From Candidatus Enterousia sp. (GTDB lineage: Bacteria > Pseudomonadota > Alphaproteobacteria > Rs-D84), in the NCBI GenBank assembly GCA_045654485.1, contig JAZONN010000016.1, positions 5,176-69,175 of the forward strand: 64,000 nt of DNA, written 5' to 3'. The translations under genes were made by a program, and so were the position numbers. Under the pieces are notes generated by a model that was given only the letters and a program-made list of their open reading frames with translations, was not told the DNA's origin and made no database searches. Positions 25,475 to 35,748 of the stretch are shown here, one piece after another (positions within the stretch are counted from its first letter, which is position 1; every line of letters begins with the position of its first letter).

Positions 25475-27241
25475 TTATTTTAATAACTCTTTCATAACCG
25501 CTGCGGCACAACGTGCGGCGGGTCCACTACCGCCTGCGTGTTCTGCGACAACGCATACCGCATATCTTGGGTTGTCTGTTGGTGCGTACCCAACGAATAA
25601 TCCGTGGTTACGCATGTTCCACTTTAATTGTTCATTTGTCAATACCCCGCTTTCTCGTTCCTTCTTTGAAATGCTACGAACCTGTGAAGTACCGGTTTTG
25701 CCACCCATTTTCTTGCCGTTGACATTTATTGCGCTACCTGCGGCCGTGCCACCTTTTTTTGTGACCTGCTCTAATCCACGCATAACGGCTTGGATGTTTT
25801 TCTTGCGCAATCCCATTGGCTCAAAATATGGGTGTTTATCGTCTTTTATTAATCTTGGGACAACTTTTCTATTTGATGTTGCACGTGCCGTCATCACGGC
25901 TAATTGAAGACAGTTTGATAAAATAAACCCTTGGCCAATACCGGAAATGATTGTATCGCCATGTACCCATTTGTACCCGATGTTTTTTTCTTTCCAATAT
26001 CTATCTGGTATAACCCCGGCCATTTCACGTGATAAAATGTCATCCATATATTTTTCTGTAAATCCCAAACGTATTGCCATTTCTTTGATGGCATCGATAC
26101 CGATACGCAAAGCAACCTGATAAAAATAAATGTCGCACGAATGTTTTAATGCACCGGCTAAATCAACCTTGCCGTGTCCTTTATCTTCCCAGCAATGATA
26201 TCGTCTATCACCATAGTCCCAATATCCTGGACAGAAGATTTTTTCTTTTTCGTTTATTGCACCGGATTCTAATGCGGCTAATGCGACAACGATTTTGAAT
26301 GTCGACCCTGGTGGGTAAAGACCTTCGATTGCTTTATTCATAAAAGGTTTTGCAAAATCTGTTCTTAAACTTTCGATATATTCTTCTGCATCATCATTAC
26401 GGAATTGGTTCGGGTCAAAGCTTGGGGTTGAAACCATTGCCAATATGTCGCCATTTCGAATATCGATTGCCACACCACAACCGGCCCTATGTTGGGTAAG
26501 TGCATCATACATCACACGTTGTATATTTTCATCAATTGTTGTTTTTATATCGTCACCAACAATCGGTGCAATAAATCTTGATTTATCTTCGCCTGTTATG
26601 CGTCCAACCGCATTTGTAATAGAAACTGTCTGTCCAGATATGCCTTTGATATCATCATTAAATCTTTTTTCTAGTCCTGTGATACCGGTTGTTAAAAAAG
26701 GCGTATTTGGCACGGGTTTTGCAGGTTCGCCCACATAACCAAATATTTGTGCGCCTGCCGCACCTAATTCATATGAACGTGCAAAACCGCTTTCCACATG
26801 CAATCCATCTAAACTTTTTGCCTGTATTTTTGCCAATTGTCCCCAATTTGTATTTTCGCTAACTAAAACAGGTTGAAATTTTGGTTGTTTTTTTATCTTT
26901 GCACGAATTTTCTCGACTTTTTTTGGTCTAAGGTTTAAATCCTTGGCCAATATTTCCAACAATTTATCTGTATCATTGGATTCTTCTGGGATGATGTATA
27001 TTCTATAAATCGGCACGTCACGTGAAATAGGAACATTGTTACGAGATAATATTTTACCCCTCTCAGGCATATTTATTTGGATACGGAAAGAATTGTTTTC
27101 GCTTTTTTGTTTATATTCGCCATAGTTAAACAATTGCATTTGCAACATACGTAGCACCAACGCCGATGTTAACACCGCCCCTGCGGTTAAAAACAGGGCG
27201 CTACGTCGGTCAAATGTACGTGCGACCTCTTTATCAATCAT
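25475..27241 (-). CDS. mrdA: Penicillin-binding protein 2 (elongation transpeptidase)
   Basis: PPGSTFKIV (SxxK) and GKTGTSQ (KTG). Start chosen at MIDKEVARTF, giving an ATGATTGA overlap with the mreD stop. Confidence 0.92.
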   Translation of the reverse strand: MIDKEVARTFDRRSALFLTAGAVLTSALVLRMLQMQLFNYGEYKQKSENNSFRIQINMPERGKILSRNNVPISRDVPIYRIYIIPEESNDTDKLLEILAKDLNLRPKKVEKIRAKIKKQPKFQPVLVSENTNWGQLAKIQAKSLDGLHVESGFARSYELGAAGAQIFGYVGEPAKPVPNTPFLTTGITGLEKRFNDDIKGISGQTVSITNAVGRITGEDKSRFIAPIVGDDIKTTIDENIQRVMYDALTQHRAGCGVAIDIRNGDILAMVSTPSFDPNQFRNDDAEEYIESLRTDFAKPFMNKAIEGLYPPGSTFKIVVALAALESGAINEKEKIFCPGYWDYGDRRYHCWEDKGHGKVDLAGALKHSCDIYFYQVALRIGIDAIKEMAIRLGFTEKYMDDILSREMAGVIPDRYWKEKNIGYKWVHGDTIISGIGQGFILSNCLQLAVMTARATSNRKVVPRLIKDDKHPYFEPMGLRKKNIQAVMRGLEQVTKKGGTAAGSAINVNGKKMGGKTGTSQVRSISKKERESGVLTNEQLKWNMRNHGLFVGYAPTDNPRYAVCVVAEHAGGSGPAARCAAAVMKELLK

Positions 27242-27689
27242 GGTGAACCTTTTTAATTGTTGCGACGATTGGCTTGTATAATATATATGACCATAAAATA
27301 ATCCATATACCACGACCGATTGCGGTCCAAGACAGGTTTGCTAATATTAATATGCCAACCGAAATTGTTATAAATGCACCAAATGCAGATATTGCATCGT
27401 TATCCATTCTTTGTATATCAATCCAGTTTTGAAATCCGTTTAACGCATATGTCAAACAATAAAACGCCAACCAAAAGCATACTGTCTGACACTTATAATC
27501 AATGACCATGCACATAAAAGCGGCAAATATAGAAAAACAATTCACCTTCTTAACAAATGTACAAAAGAATATCGGAATTAAAGCCAACAGACCTGCTGGA
27601 TTCCAAAAAGGGTGTGATAAACGCCACAATGCGATTGTTAATAAAAACGGAAACGTAGCAACAAAAAAACTATTCAGGTTACGTTTCAT
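27234..27689 (-). CDS. mreD: Rod shape-determining protein MreD
   Basis: Small polytopic membrane protein between mreC and mrdA. Assignment rests mainly on context. Confidence 0.7.
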   Translation of the reverse strand: MKRNLNSFFVATFPFLLTIALWRLSHPFWNPAGLLALIPIFFCTFVKKVNCFSIFAAFMCMVIDYKCQTVCFWLAFYCLTYALNGFQNWIDIQRMDNDAISAFGAFITISVGILILANLSWTAIGRGIWIILWSYILYKPIVATIKKVHHD

Positions 27690-28513
27690 CTACGATACTC
27701 GCTTTGGTTTGTGTTGAATTTTAGAATAAAAACACGTGATAGTTTCTTGGGCGATAATACACGTACGTCATTTTTATCTGTTATTTCACCAACATGTAAT
27801 CCCGCCGGCAAAACACCTGAAATATTACTTGTTACCAACTGAATGCCGTTTGTAGGTTGGAATTCAGGGTTGCTAAAAAATCCAATTGTTGGATTAGAAG
27901 AACCGTTTCCGTCCAAAAATCCATATACTTCTGAACCAACGACACGGACGGCAATATTGGTATCGGCGTCTGTTATTGCACGAACACGTGCGAATTTATC
28001 ACCACAGTCAATTACTATTCCCGCCAAAGTCATATCTGGCGATGTTACAACCATACCTGTTTTTATTCCATCGTCTGTCCCACGATTAACAAAGTATGTA
28101 TTATGCCCGATTGCACTGGTGTCATGGATAACATCTGCAACGGCGATATCAAATGGTTGTGATTGTATAGTGTTTAGGTGTTTGTTTAATCTTGTATTTT
28201 CATCCAATGCAAATTTACACTTGTTTTGTTCTGCCAACAATTCGTCTAATCTTGCCTTAAGTTCTTCGTTTTCTGCACGAATGCTGGAAATTTCTGTTAC
28301 ACTATTTACCGCATCACCTAATGCGCGAATTGGCCAGGTTATAACGTTCCCAACCCATTGTGCGACCGGTACGATAATATGTGCTGTGGCATTCATAATC
28401 GCATAATCCGGCTTGGAAATCATTATATATATAAATAACACAGGCAACACCGCCGCCGCCAATGCGGATTTTATAAGGCCGTATACTCTGGAAGATATCT
28501 TGTTTTGGTTCAT
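27686..28513 (-). CDS. mreC: Rod shape-determining protein MreC
   Basis: N-terminal TM, a coiled coil (ENEELKARLDELLAEQNK), then beta-rich domains. Operon context. Confidence 0.85.
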   Translation of the reverse strand: MNQNKISSRVYGLIKSALAAAVLPVLFIYIMISKPDYAIMNATAHIIVPVAQWVGNVITWPIRALGDAVNSVTEISSIRAENEELKARLDELLAEQNKCKFALDENTRLNKHLNTIQSQPFDIAVADVIHDTSAIGHNTYFVNRGTDDGIKTGMVVTSPDMTLAGIVIDCGDKFARVRAITDADTNIAVRVVGSEVYGFLDGNGSSNPTIGFFSNPEFQPTNGIQLVTSNISGVLPAGLHVGEITDKNDVRVLSPKKLSRVFILKFNTNQSEYRR

Positions 28514-28652
28514 CGGGCATACTTTAACCCCAAAAAGTCAAACATTCAATAAAAACTTGATTTTTCCTTTTAATATGTCACAATTACACACGGTCAAAGT
28601 GGCAAGGCATTGCCATCCGACCGGAAAATTATCTTAAAAAAAAGGATATAAA

Positions 28653-28856
28653 ATGCCAAAATTAAAAACAAAGTCGTACTTAAAGAAGCGTGCGTCTATG
28701 ACTGCGACCGGTAAAATCCGTGTTGCCCGCAACTCTCATAAAAAATTGTTGCGTAAAAAATCCGCCCGTGCAAACAAAGCGGGTGCAAAACCACAATATT
28801 TGAATGAGAATATGGTTGGACAGGCAAAGATTCTGGCCCCATATGGTTTAAAATAA
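28653..28856 (+). CDS. rpmI: 50S ribosomal protein L35
   Basis: MPKLKTKSYLKKRASMTATGKI. AAGGA RBS. Confidence 0.95.
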   Translation: MPKLKTKSYLKKRASMTATGKIRVARNSHKKLLRKKSARANKAGAKPQYLNENMVGQAKILAPYGLK

Positions 28857-28875
28857 AGCAAGGGGGTAACAGGTC

Positions 28876-29244
28876 ATGGCAAGAGTAAAACGCGGAACAA
28901 CCGTAAAACAAAAACATAATAAAATTTTGGCGCGTGCCAAAGGTTATTTGGGCCGCCACCATTCCACATATCGTGCAGCTCGTGAAAAAACAGAAAAAGC
29001 GGGTCAGTATGCATACCGTGATCGTCGCGTTAAAAAACGTGAATTTCGTGGTTTATGGATTGTTCGTATCAATGCCGCAGTGCGTGCAAATGGTATGACT
29101 TACAGCCAATTCATGAATGGTTTAAAGAAAGCAGGCGTTGCATTGGACCGCAAGGTTTTAGCCGAAATGGCATATGCAGGCGATGCAAACTTTGCCACAT
29201 TGGTTGACACAGCAAAACGATTTATCAACACCGATGCGAAATAA
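28876..29244 (+). CDS. rplT: 50S ribosomal protein L20
   Basis: [24 protein letters not shown]... Confidence 0.97.
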   Translation: MARVKRGTTVKQKHNKILARAKGYLGRHHSTYRAAREKTEKAGQYAYRDRRVKKREFRGLWIVRINAAVRANGMTYSQFMNGLKKAGVALDRKVLAEMAYAGDANFATLVDTAKRFINTDAK

Positions 29245-29278
29245 TACCTTGTCGGTGGGTATATCTTTTGTAATAATC

Positions 29279-29301
29279 AAGGCCGTCAAATGACGGCCTT
29301 T
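29279..29301 (+). terminator. Hairpin between rplT and pheS (GGCCGTC-AAAT-GACGGCC-TTTG): weak terminator or attenuator
   Basis: 7-bp GC-rich stem but only a 3-T tail. Lies about 35 nt upstream of pheS. Confidence 0.45.
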
Positions 29302-29333
29302 GTCGTGTAATAAATTATAGTCAGGATTAAGTT

Positions 29334-30281
29334 ATGCAGGAACAAATTAAAAACATAAATACATTAGAAGAGTTGCAATCGCTATACACCGCAACTTTTG
29401 GTAAAAATGGAACAATGACTGCACGTTTAAAAGAAATGAAGAATTTGGATAACGATGCACGTGCAGCGTTGAATAATGAAAATACTATGTTGCGTGAATT
29501 GTTTAAAACCCGCCAATCGGAAATAGAAAATGCTATTTTGATGGCTGGTCTGCAACGTCAACGTTTGGATGTGTCGTTAAACCCTGTGCCGGAAAATCGT
29601 GGCACATTACATCCTTTGACACGTGCGTTATCTGAAATTACAGATGTATTAGAGGGCTTTGGTTACACAATGTACACCGGTCCCGAAGTCGAAGATGATT
29701 GGCATAACTTTACTGCATTGAATACACCATTGCATCACCCTGCCCGTGATATGCAAGATACATTTTTCTTGCCAAATGGTAATGTGTTGCGCACCCAAAC
29801 ATCTGCAATTCAAATTCGTGCGATGGAACGTGATGGTGTTCCAATTAAAATGTTTGGTGTTGGTGCGACGTATCGTAAAGAATGGGATGCAACACATGGT
29901 CCTATGTTCGGCCAGATAGAAGGTTTATATATAGATAAAAATATCACTATGTCTGATTTGTTGGCAGATGTTCGTGCATTTTTATCTGTGTTTTTTGAAT
30001 TGGATGATATTGAATTGCGTATTCGTCCGTCTTTCTTTCCGTTTACCGACCCGTCTATCGAAGTTGATATGAAATGGCAGGGTTCTAAATGGTTGGAATT
30101 GATGGGCGCTGGTATGGTTCATCCGAATGTTTTGCGTAATTGTGGTATTGATCCTGACCAATACCAAGGTTTTGCATTTGGGTTCGGTTGGGATCGTTTG
30201 GCAATGTTAAAGTATAATTTGCCAGATTTACGTGACTTATATAATAATGATGTGCGCTGGCTACGCAGTGCGGGATTTTAA
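29334..30281 (+). CDS. pheS: Phenylalanine-tRNA ligase alpha subunit
   Basis: HPLTRA, HPARDMQDTFF and FRPSFFPFTDPS class II motifs. Confidence 0.96.
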   Translation: MQEQIKNINTLEELQSLYTATFGKNGTMTARLKEMKNLDNDARAALNNENTMLRELFKTRQSEIENAILMAGLQRQRLDVSLNPVPENRGTLHPLTRALSEITDVLEGFGYTMYTGPEVEDDWHNFTALNTPLHHPARDMQDTFFLPNGNVLRTQTSAIQIRAMERDGVPIKMFGVGATYRKEWDATHGPMFGQIEGLYIDKNITMSDLLADVRAFLSVFFELDDIELRIRPSFFPFTDPSIEVDMKWQGSKWLELMGAGMVHPNVLRNCGIDPDQYQGFAFGFGWDRLAMLKYNLPDLRDLYNNDVRWLRSAGF

Positions 30282-30287
30282 TGGGGG

Positions 30288-32597
30288 TTGAATATGAAAT
30301 GGACATATGATTGGCTGTGCCAATATTTGAAAACGGATGCTACACCAGATATGGTTGCGGAAACTTTGACGCGCATCGGGCTAGAGGTAGAAGATGTTCA
30401 ATCGCCAATTGCGCCAATTGCAGCCAAGATTGTTGAATGTCGTCCACATGAAAATAGTGACCATTTGCATGTTTTAATGGTTGATGATGGTACGGGCGAA
30501 TTGCGCCAAGTTGTCTGTGGTGCACCAAACGCACGTGTTGGATTGATTTCTGCATTGGCGCCGGTTGGTTGTATGATTGGTGGACATGAAATAGTTGTTG
30601 GTAAATTGCGTGGTGTTGAATCACGTGGTATGATGTGTTCTGCGCGTGAATTGGGTATTGGTGACGACCATGATGGTATTATTGAATTGCCGTCTGATAC
30701 AGTATTGGGAACGCCGGTTGTTGAATGCAAAACTGTGTTTGATGCGGGTATTACACCAAATCGTCCGGATTATTTGTCTGTGCGTGGTATTGCACGTGAT
30801 TTGTCTGCGGCCGGATTGGGAACTTATTTACAGCCGGAATCCAAATCATTTCCATCAAACGTTGGGAATCGTTCTGTTCGTATAGAAACAGAAAAATGTG
30901 GCGCATATAAAATGTTGGAAATCCACAATATTAATATCGCCCCCAGTGCGCCGTACATTGCGTCGCGTTTGGCGGCAATTGGTATTAATCCAAAGAACGC
31001 ACCAATTGATGCGACAAATTATATCTGTTATGACATGGCACAACCTATGCATTGTTTTGATGCCGACCAAATAGATGGCGATATAGTTGTTCGTATGGCG
31101 CGTGCAGGTGAATCTTTTACGGACTTGTTTGGCAATACGCATGAATTATTGGAATCTGATATGGTTATTGCGGATAATTCGGGTATATTGGCATTGGCGG
31201 GTGTTGTTGGTGGTGCGCGTGGATGTACAACAGATACGACGAAAAATATTATCTTGGAAAGTGCGTATTTTAACCCTGTATCTGTTCGCAAAACGTCCAA
31301 GCGTTTGGGGATAATGACTGATGCATCATATCGTTATGAACGTGGTATTGACCCAACAATAACTGGTGCGGCGGCTATGTTGGCGGCGGATATTATTATG
31401 GATGCGTGTGGTGGTGAAATCGTTGGTGTTTATGCGGCGGGTTCGGATGTGGCGCCAAATATTCGCATTAAATATACGCCCGATTATTTCAAACAGAAAA
31501 CAGGTGTTGAAATTGCGCCGGATACCCAACGTGAAATATTGACTGCATTGGGTTATCGTATAGAGGTTACTAAATCGTGTTGGATGGTAACACCACCATC
31601 TGTTCGTGTGGATGTAGAAATACCTGAAACAATCGTTGCGGATTTACTGCGTATTTATGGTTATGAAAAAATTGCAATAAATGCACAGCATACGGCCGGA
31701 ACTGCGCGCGCACACGATACGCATGAAATGGATATTAAAACAATGTTGGCGTCACGTGGCTTGAACGAGTGTCGTTCGTTTGGTTTTGGTAACTGTGGTG
31801 TTGAACGTATGTTGACCGAACGTCCAAATGTAATGATTGCGAATCCTATTACGTCCGACTTTGATACATTGCGTAATGGTTTGTTGTTTGGGTTATTGTC
31901 TGCGGTTTCTAATAATGAAAAGCGTGGATATCCGGATTTATCATTATTTGAATTGGGGACGGTATTCTTGGACGATGTACCAAATGCGCAACAAACATCT
32001 TTGTCTATTGTGCGTACAGGCGCAACTGCACCACGTCATTGGACGGGCCGTAATCGCGAAGTTGATATCTATGATGTCAAAGCGGACTTGTTGGCTTTGT
32101 TAAATGGTCGTCGTGTAACGATATCAACGGATAATCCGCCAATGTGGGCGCATCCATATCGTTATGGTGCGATTATGCAAGGCAAACAAAAAGTTGCCGA
32201 ATTTGGTCAATTGCACCCATCTGTTGCGAAAAAAATGCGCATAAAAACAAATGTTGTAATTGCAAATGTTGATGATGTTACATTGTTGCCGCCACGTCGT
32301 CGTGGCAAACATATTGTTACATCTGATTTTCAACCAATAACACGTGACTTTGCGTTTTTGGTTGATGCGACAACACCTGCAGAAAAATTGACATCTGTTG
32401 CATTATCGTGTGATTCGCGTATATCGGACGTGGTTGTATTTGATGCTTTTGATATGGGGGATGGTACCAAGTCGGTTGCATTTACGATAACTGTATTACC
32501 GACGGATAATATGTCTGATACGGACTTGTTGGCATTACAGAACACGGTTATTAAATCGGTTGAATCAAAATGTAATGCAAAAATCCGTGATAAATAG
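30288..32597 (+). CDS. pheT: Phenylalanine-tRNA ligase beta subunit
   Basis: N-terminal tRNA-binding domain (VVCGAPNARVG), B3/4 and B5 regions, C-terminal FDX-ACB-like domain. Confidence 0.95.
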   Translation: MNMKWTYDWLCQYLKTDATPDMVAETLTRIGLEVEDVQSPIAPIAAKIVECRPHENSDHLHVLMVDDGTGELRQVVCGAPNARVGLISALAPVGCMIGGHEIVVGKLRGVESRGMMCSARELGIGDDHDGIIELPSDTVLGTPVVECKTVFDAGITPNRPDYLSVRGIARDLSAAGLGTYLQPESKSFPSNVGNRSVRIETEKCGAYKMLEIHNINIAPSAPYIASRLAAIGINPKNAPIDATNYICYDMAQPMHCFDADQIDGDIVVRMARAGESFTDLFGNTHELLESDMVIADNSGILALAGVVGGARGCTTDTTKNIILESAYFNPVSVRKTSKRLGIMTDASYRYERGIDPTITGAAAMLAADIIMDACGGEIVGVYAAGSDVAPNIRIKYTPDYFKQKTGVEIAPDTQREILTALGYRIEVTKSCWMVTPPSVRVDVEIPETIVADLLRIYGYEKIAINAQHTAGTARAHDTHEMDIKTMLASRGLNECRSFGFGNCGVERMLTERPNVMIANPITSDFDTLRNGLLFGLLSAVSNNEKRGYPDLSLFELGTVFLDDVPNAQQTSLSIVRTGATAPRHWTGRNREVDIYDVKADLLALLNGRRVTISTDNPPMWAHPYRYGAIMQGKQKVAEFGQLHPSVAKKMRIKTNVVIANVDDVTLLPPRRRGKHIVTSDFQPITRDFAFLVDATTPAEKLTSVALSCDSRISDVVVFDAFDMGDGTKSVAFTITVLPTDNMSDTDLLALQNTVIKSVESKCNAKIRDK

Positions 32598-32609
32598 TTC
32601 AAATAAAAC

Positions 32610-32643
32610 TGTTAAAAAACACCGGCATTTGCCGGTGTTTTTT
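32610..32643. terminator. Short-form palindromic repeat/bidirectional terminator (CTGTTAAAAAACACCGGCATTTGCCGGTGTTTTTT)
   Basis: Lies between the convergent pheT and sspB genes and overlaps the sspB stop codon. Confidence 0.8.
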
Positions 32644-33109
32644 ATTGTTTTTTATTTCTTCTGAATTCATCCAAAGACACAACGCGACCTGGGTCTGGGA
32701 CAGTGTCTGGTTTTTCGTCCAATGGTAATTCCATATCATTATCGGCCGCTGCGGTTTGTGGTTTGGGTTGGAATGATAACATAAAATCAACCGAAGGGTC
32801 TTTGAATTCAACCAGCGCAGAAAACGGCACGCGAATAAAAAATGGGCGACCATCAAATGTTAATTGTACTCCGAATTCTTTATCGGATACGTGCAGGTTG
32901 TTATAAGAATATTGTAAAACAATCGTCATAATATCTGGATATCTAATGCGCAAGAAATCCGGCAATACAACCCCGCTGTCGCGTGTTCTGAAAGTTATAT
33001 AGAAATGTGTTCCGTCACCCAATCCATTGAATTGTGCATAAACCAAAGCGTCTTTAACGACGGATTTTAACGCGTTGTCTAATAAAGTTTGATAATCTAT
33101 ACGTGCCAT
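32642..33109 (-). CDS. sspB: ClpXP adaptor SspB (alphaproteobacterial type)
   Basis: HFYITFRTRDSGVVLP...YPDIMTIVLQYSYNNLHV...FGVQLTF...VPFSALVEFKDPSVDFML matches the conserved alpha-SspB pattern. Confidence 0.8.
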   Translation of the reverse strand: MARIDYQTLLDNALKSVVKDALVYAQFNGLGDGTHFYITFRTRDSGVVLPDFLRIRYPDIMTIVLQYSYNNLHVSDKEFGVQLTFDGRPFFIRVPFSALVEFKDPSVDFMLSFQPKPQTAAADNDMELPLDEKPDTVPDPGRVVSLDEFRRNKKQ

Positions 33110-33113
33110 CTTT

Positions 33114-34193
33114 TTACTCCGCCCCCACTATATTACTTATTTGACCGTTTTGGCAAGTGACAAATACAGCATCGGGGACATCTGCAAAAATTTCTGATTC
33201 TAATCCGGTTGCCCAAACCTGTGCGTGTGCCGCCCCTAGTTCGCGAAACATATTCGCGCGTGCATCTTTATCTAAATGTGCGGCTGCTTCGTCCAACAAA
33301 ATCAAAGGTTTTTTACCTGTCTTGGTATTGATTAATTTTGCATGTGCCAGTATCAGGTTTATTAATGCGGTTTTCTGTTGTCCTGTGCTGGTTAAATGTG
33401 CCGGTAAATTCAGTTTGGTATTAAATACGCCGAAATCAGATTTGTGTGGCCCATCGATTACCATTTTATCGCCAACTAATTCGCGATTGTTTTTTAAGTA
33501 TTCTGTATACGCACGTTCTGCGTCACCCGCCGACATACCGTCGATAAGCATTTTTTCAATTATGCCCGATACGGATACGGCGCAATCGTTCAAGAAATAA
33601 TTTAATTCGCCTGCGTATTGTATTCGTGCCACGGCAATTGCGACGGCGGTACCGGCGATTTGTGTGTCTAATGCGTCAATCCAATGTTTGTCTGCCCCGT
33701 TTTTTAATGCATATGCGCGTTCCGATAATATTTTATTTAATCGTGCATTTCGGCCGGCGTGTGATGCATCAAAACTGGCGGTTAATCGGTCAAAGAAAGC
33801 CCGCCTGTCGGATGCGCCTTCTACAAACAATCTGTCTTCTTTTGGGGTTATCCAAACGATTCTGATATTGCGTACCAAATCGGTCAAAGGTGTATTTTCG
33901 CCATCAACTTTTGCACGTCTGTTTGTGTCGCCTGCGTTAAAGTTAACGGATATTTCCGTGTCGTCATTTGTTGTTGCAAATACAGAAAATCCACCGTCAC
34001 CGTCAAATCGGGCGATATCTGTCATCGATGCACCACGCATACCGCGTTCGCCGCCCAACATAGACACGGCTTCTAATATGGCGGTTTTACCTGCGCCATT
34101 TGGGCCGGTTATGATAATATTTTTATGTCCGTGTGTTTCGACGCGACCCATATAATGATTTCTGAAATTGGTGACGGTAATGCTTTTAATCAT
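33114..34193 (-). CDS. recF: DNA replication and repair protein RecF
   Basis: ITVTNFRNH...ITGPNGAGKTAILEA and LLDEAAAHLD. Start moved to MIKSITV because the longer ORF runs through tRNA-Cys. Confidence 0.9.
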   Translation of the reverse strand: MIKSITVTNFRNHYMGRVETHGHKNIIITGPNGAGKTAILEAVSMLGGERGMRGASMTDIARFDGDGGFSVFATTNDDTEISVNFNAGDTNRRAKVDGENTPLTDLVRNIRIVWITPKEDRLFVEGASDRRAFFDRLTASFDASHAGRNARLNKILSERAYALKNGADKHWIDALDTQIAGTAVAIAVARIQYAGELNYFLNDCAVSVSGIIEKMLIDGMSAGDAERAYTEYLKNNRELVGDKMVIDGPHKSDFGVFNTKLNLPAHLTSTGQQKTALINLILAHAKLINTKTGKKPLILLDEAAAHLDKDARANMFRELGAAHAQVWATGLESEIFADVPDAVFVTCQNGQISNIVGAE

Positions 34194-34260
34194 GTCCCGA
34201 TAATACACAAAAAATATAAAAACAGGAATAAAAAAAAGCCCAATCGGGCAAATAATGTTA

Positions 34261-34334
34261 TGGAGGCCTGGGTCGGAATCGAACCGGCATCCAAGGATTT
34301 GCAGTCCTCTGCATAACCACTCTGCCACCAGGCC
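34261..34334 (-). tRNA. tRNA-Cys (GCA), CCA encoded
   Basis: Manual fold: acceptor GGCCTGG/CCAGGCC, anticodon stem-loop GAGGA-CTGCAAA-TCCTT, T-loop TTCGATT. One C-A mismatch in the T-stem. Confidence 0.85.
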
Positions 34335-34427
34335 ATAACAGTGACACTATATTAAGCAAAAAATAATTGTATTTCAACATAAAAATATTTATAATTCTAA
34401 TAAAATAATACGGAAAGAGAGAGTTGA

Positions 34428-35747
34428 ATGAAAAAGGCCCTGTTTTTACCTGTCTTTTTTGCGCCCTGTATGGTTTTTGCGGCTGCAAATGATTGTTTGA
34501 CACGCACAACGGTACCGGATACGGTGTTAACTTTGCCCGAAGTAATAGATTTGGGGTTGTGTCGTAATCCATCAACGACGGCGTCTTATTTATCATACGA
34601 ATCATCACGCCTGTCAAAAAATGCGGGCTATGCGGATTATTTACCATCGGTCAGTGCGTCGGCCAATGCGTCATTGCCATACAGAAATGAACAATGGGGT
34701 GATTGGACATATGGTGCATCTGTTTCTGCATCTTATTTGATATTTGATTTTGGTAAACGTTTATCTGATTTGAATCAATTGTCATCTACGTGGCGTGCGG
34801 CGGGCTTTGAATATGATGCGACGGTTCAAAATTATATATATGGAATAATTGGTTCGTACTATGCGTTATTAAATGCGGATGCGGACGTTAAATCGGCACA
34901 AATGTTACGTGATGTTGCAAAAACCGCCCGTGATACGGCACAGAATAAATTCAAAGCCGGTGCGGTTGCACGTGCCGACGTATTAAAAGCCGATACCACA
35001 TTGGCAAGTCGCGATTTGGATTTGGAACGTGCAAAAAATAATCGTGAAATTGCCAAAGGCGCATTGTTGAATAAACTGTCGTTCCCTGCGGATCAAGAAA
35101 TTCAGATTGCGGATTTGTCATCCGATATCGGCACACCCCAAGAAACAAAAAGCTTGGATGAATTGTTTGCTCAGGCCGAAAAAACACGCCCCGACCTGTT
35201 GCGTGCAATTGCGAATAAAGATGCGGCTTGGCATCGCAGAAACAGCGTATTTTTAAGCAATCTGCCAACAATATCTGCGTCTGGGTCTTTATCTTGGTCG
35301 GATACACCGTCTGAATCATTTAATGCCGGTTCGGATAATATCAGTGGCAGTATCGGCATCCGTGCATCTATGCCGTTGTTTGCGGGTTTTGCAAATCTTT
35401 ATAATGCACGTGCGGCTCAGGTAAACTATGAACGTGCGATTGAAAACGAACGTGCGGCATCTGATAATGCATCGTTGGATATTTATACTGCATATCATAA
35501 TTATAAAACGGCACAAACTGTATTAAAGCAAACCGAAACGTTATTAAAATCTGCAACGGAAAGTGAAAAAGTAACGGCCGGTATGTATCGTGTTGGTCGT
35601 GCGACAATGTTGGATTGGCAAACGGCGCAATCAGAATTGGTGTCTGCGCAAAAGCAGAACAATGCCGCCAAATATGATTTGTTTACAAAACGTGCGGCGG
35701 TTGCATTGGCGGTGGGTGAAATTAAAACAGAGTTAGAGAGAGAATAA
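34428..35747 (+). CDS. TolC-family outer-membrane efflux protein
   Basis: Signal peptide and two repeated helical/beta halves typical of the OEP family. Adjacent to an adaptor gene. Confidence 0.85.
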   Translation: MKKALFLPVFFAPCMVFAAANDCLTRTTVPDTVLTLPEVIDLGLCRNPSTTASYLSYESSRLSKNAGYADYLPSVSASANASLPYRNEQWGDWTYGASVSASYLIFDFGKRLSDLNQLSSTWRAAGFEYDATVQNYIYGIIGSYYALLNADADVKSAQMLRDVAKTARDTAQNKFKAGAVARADVLKADTTLASRDLDLERAKNNREIAKGALLNKLSFPADQEIQIADLSSDIGTPQETKSLDELFAQAEKTRPDLLRAIANKDAAWHRRNSVFLSNLPTISASGSLSWSDTPSESFNAGSDNISGSIGIRASMPLFAGFANLYNARAAQVNYERAIENERAASDNASLDIYTAYHNYKTAQTVLKQTETLLKSATESEKVTAGMYRVGRATMLDWQTAQSELVSAQKQNNAAKYDLFTKRAAVALAVGEIKTELERE

Positions 35748-35748
35748 A

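Noticed and set aside
26021-26036. CATTTCACGTGATAAA, a partial parS-like match (12/16) inside mrdA
   Set aside because: Only one half-site is good and it lies within coding sequence. CACGTG-centred words occur several times by chance (also near 3520 and 23935). It is not convincing without binding data.
27242-27313. N-terminal extension of mrdA (with similar extensions of topA to 24389, virB3 to 16781, the TPR gene to 61442 and the ACP-like gene to 48563)
   Set aside because: The extensions overlap upstream genes or control regions. Internal Met codons give canonical N-termini or typical stop/start overlaps.
34194-34328. 45-codon N-terminal extension of the recF ORF in the track
   Set aside because: The extension runs through tRNA-Cys (34261..34334) on the same strand. 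The canonical RecF N-terminus (MIKSITVTNFRNH) starts at 34193.
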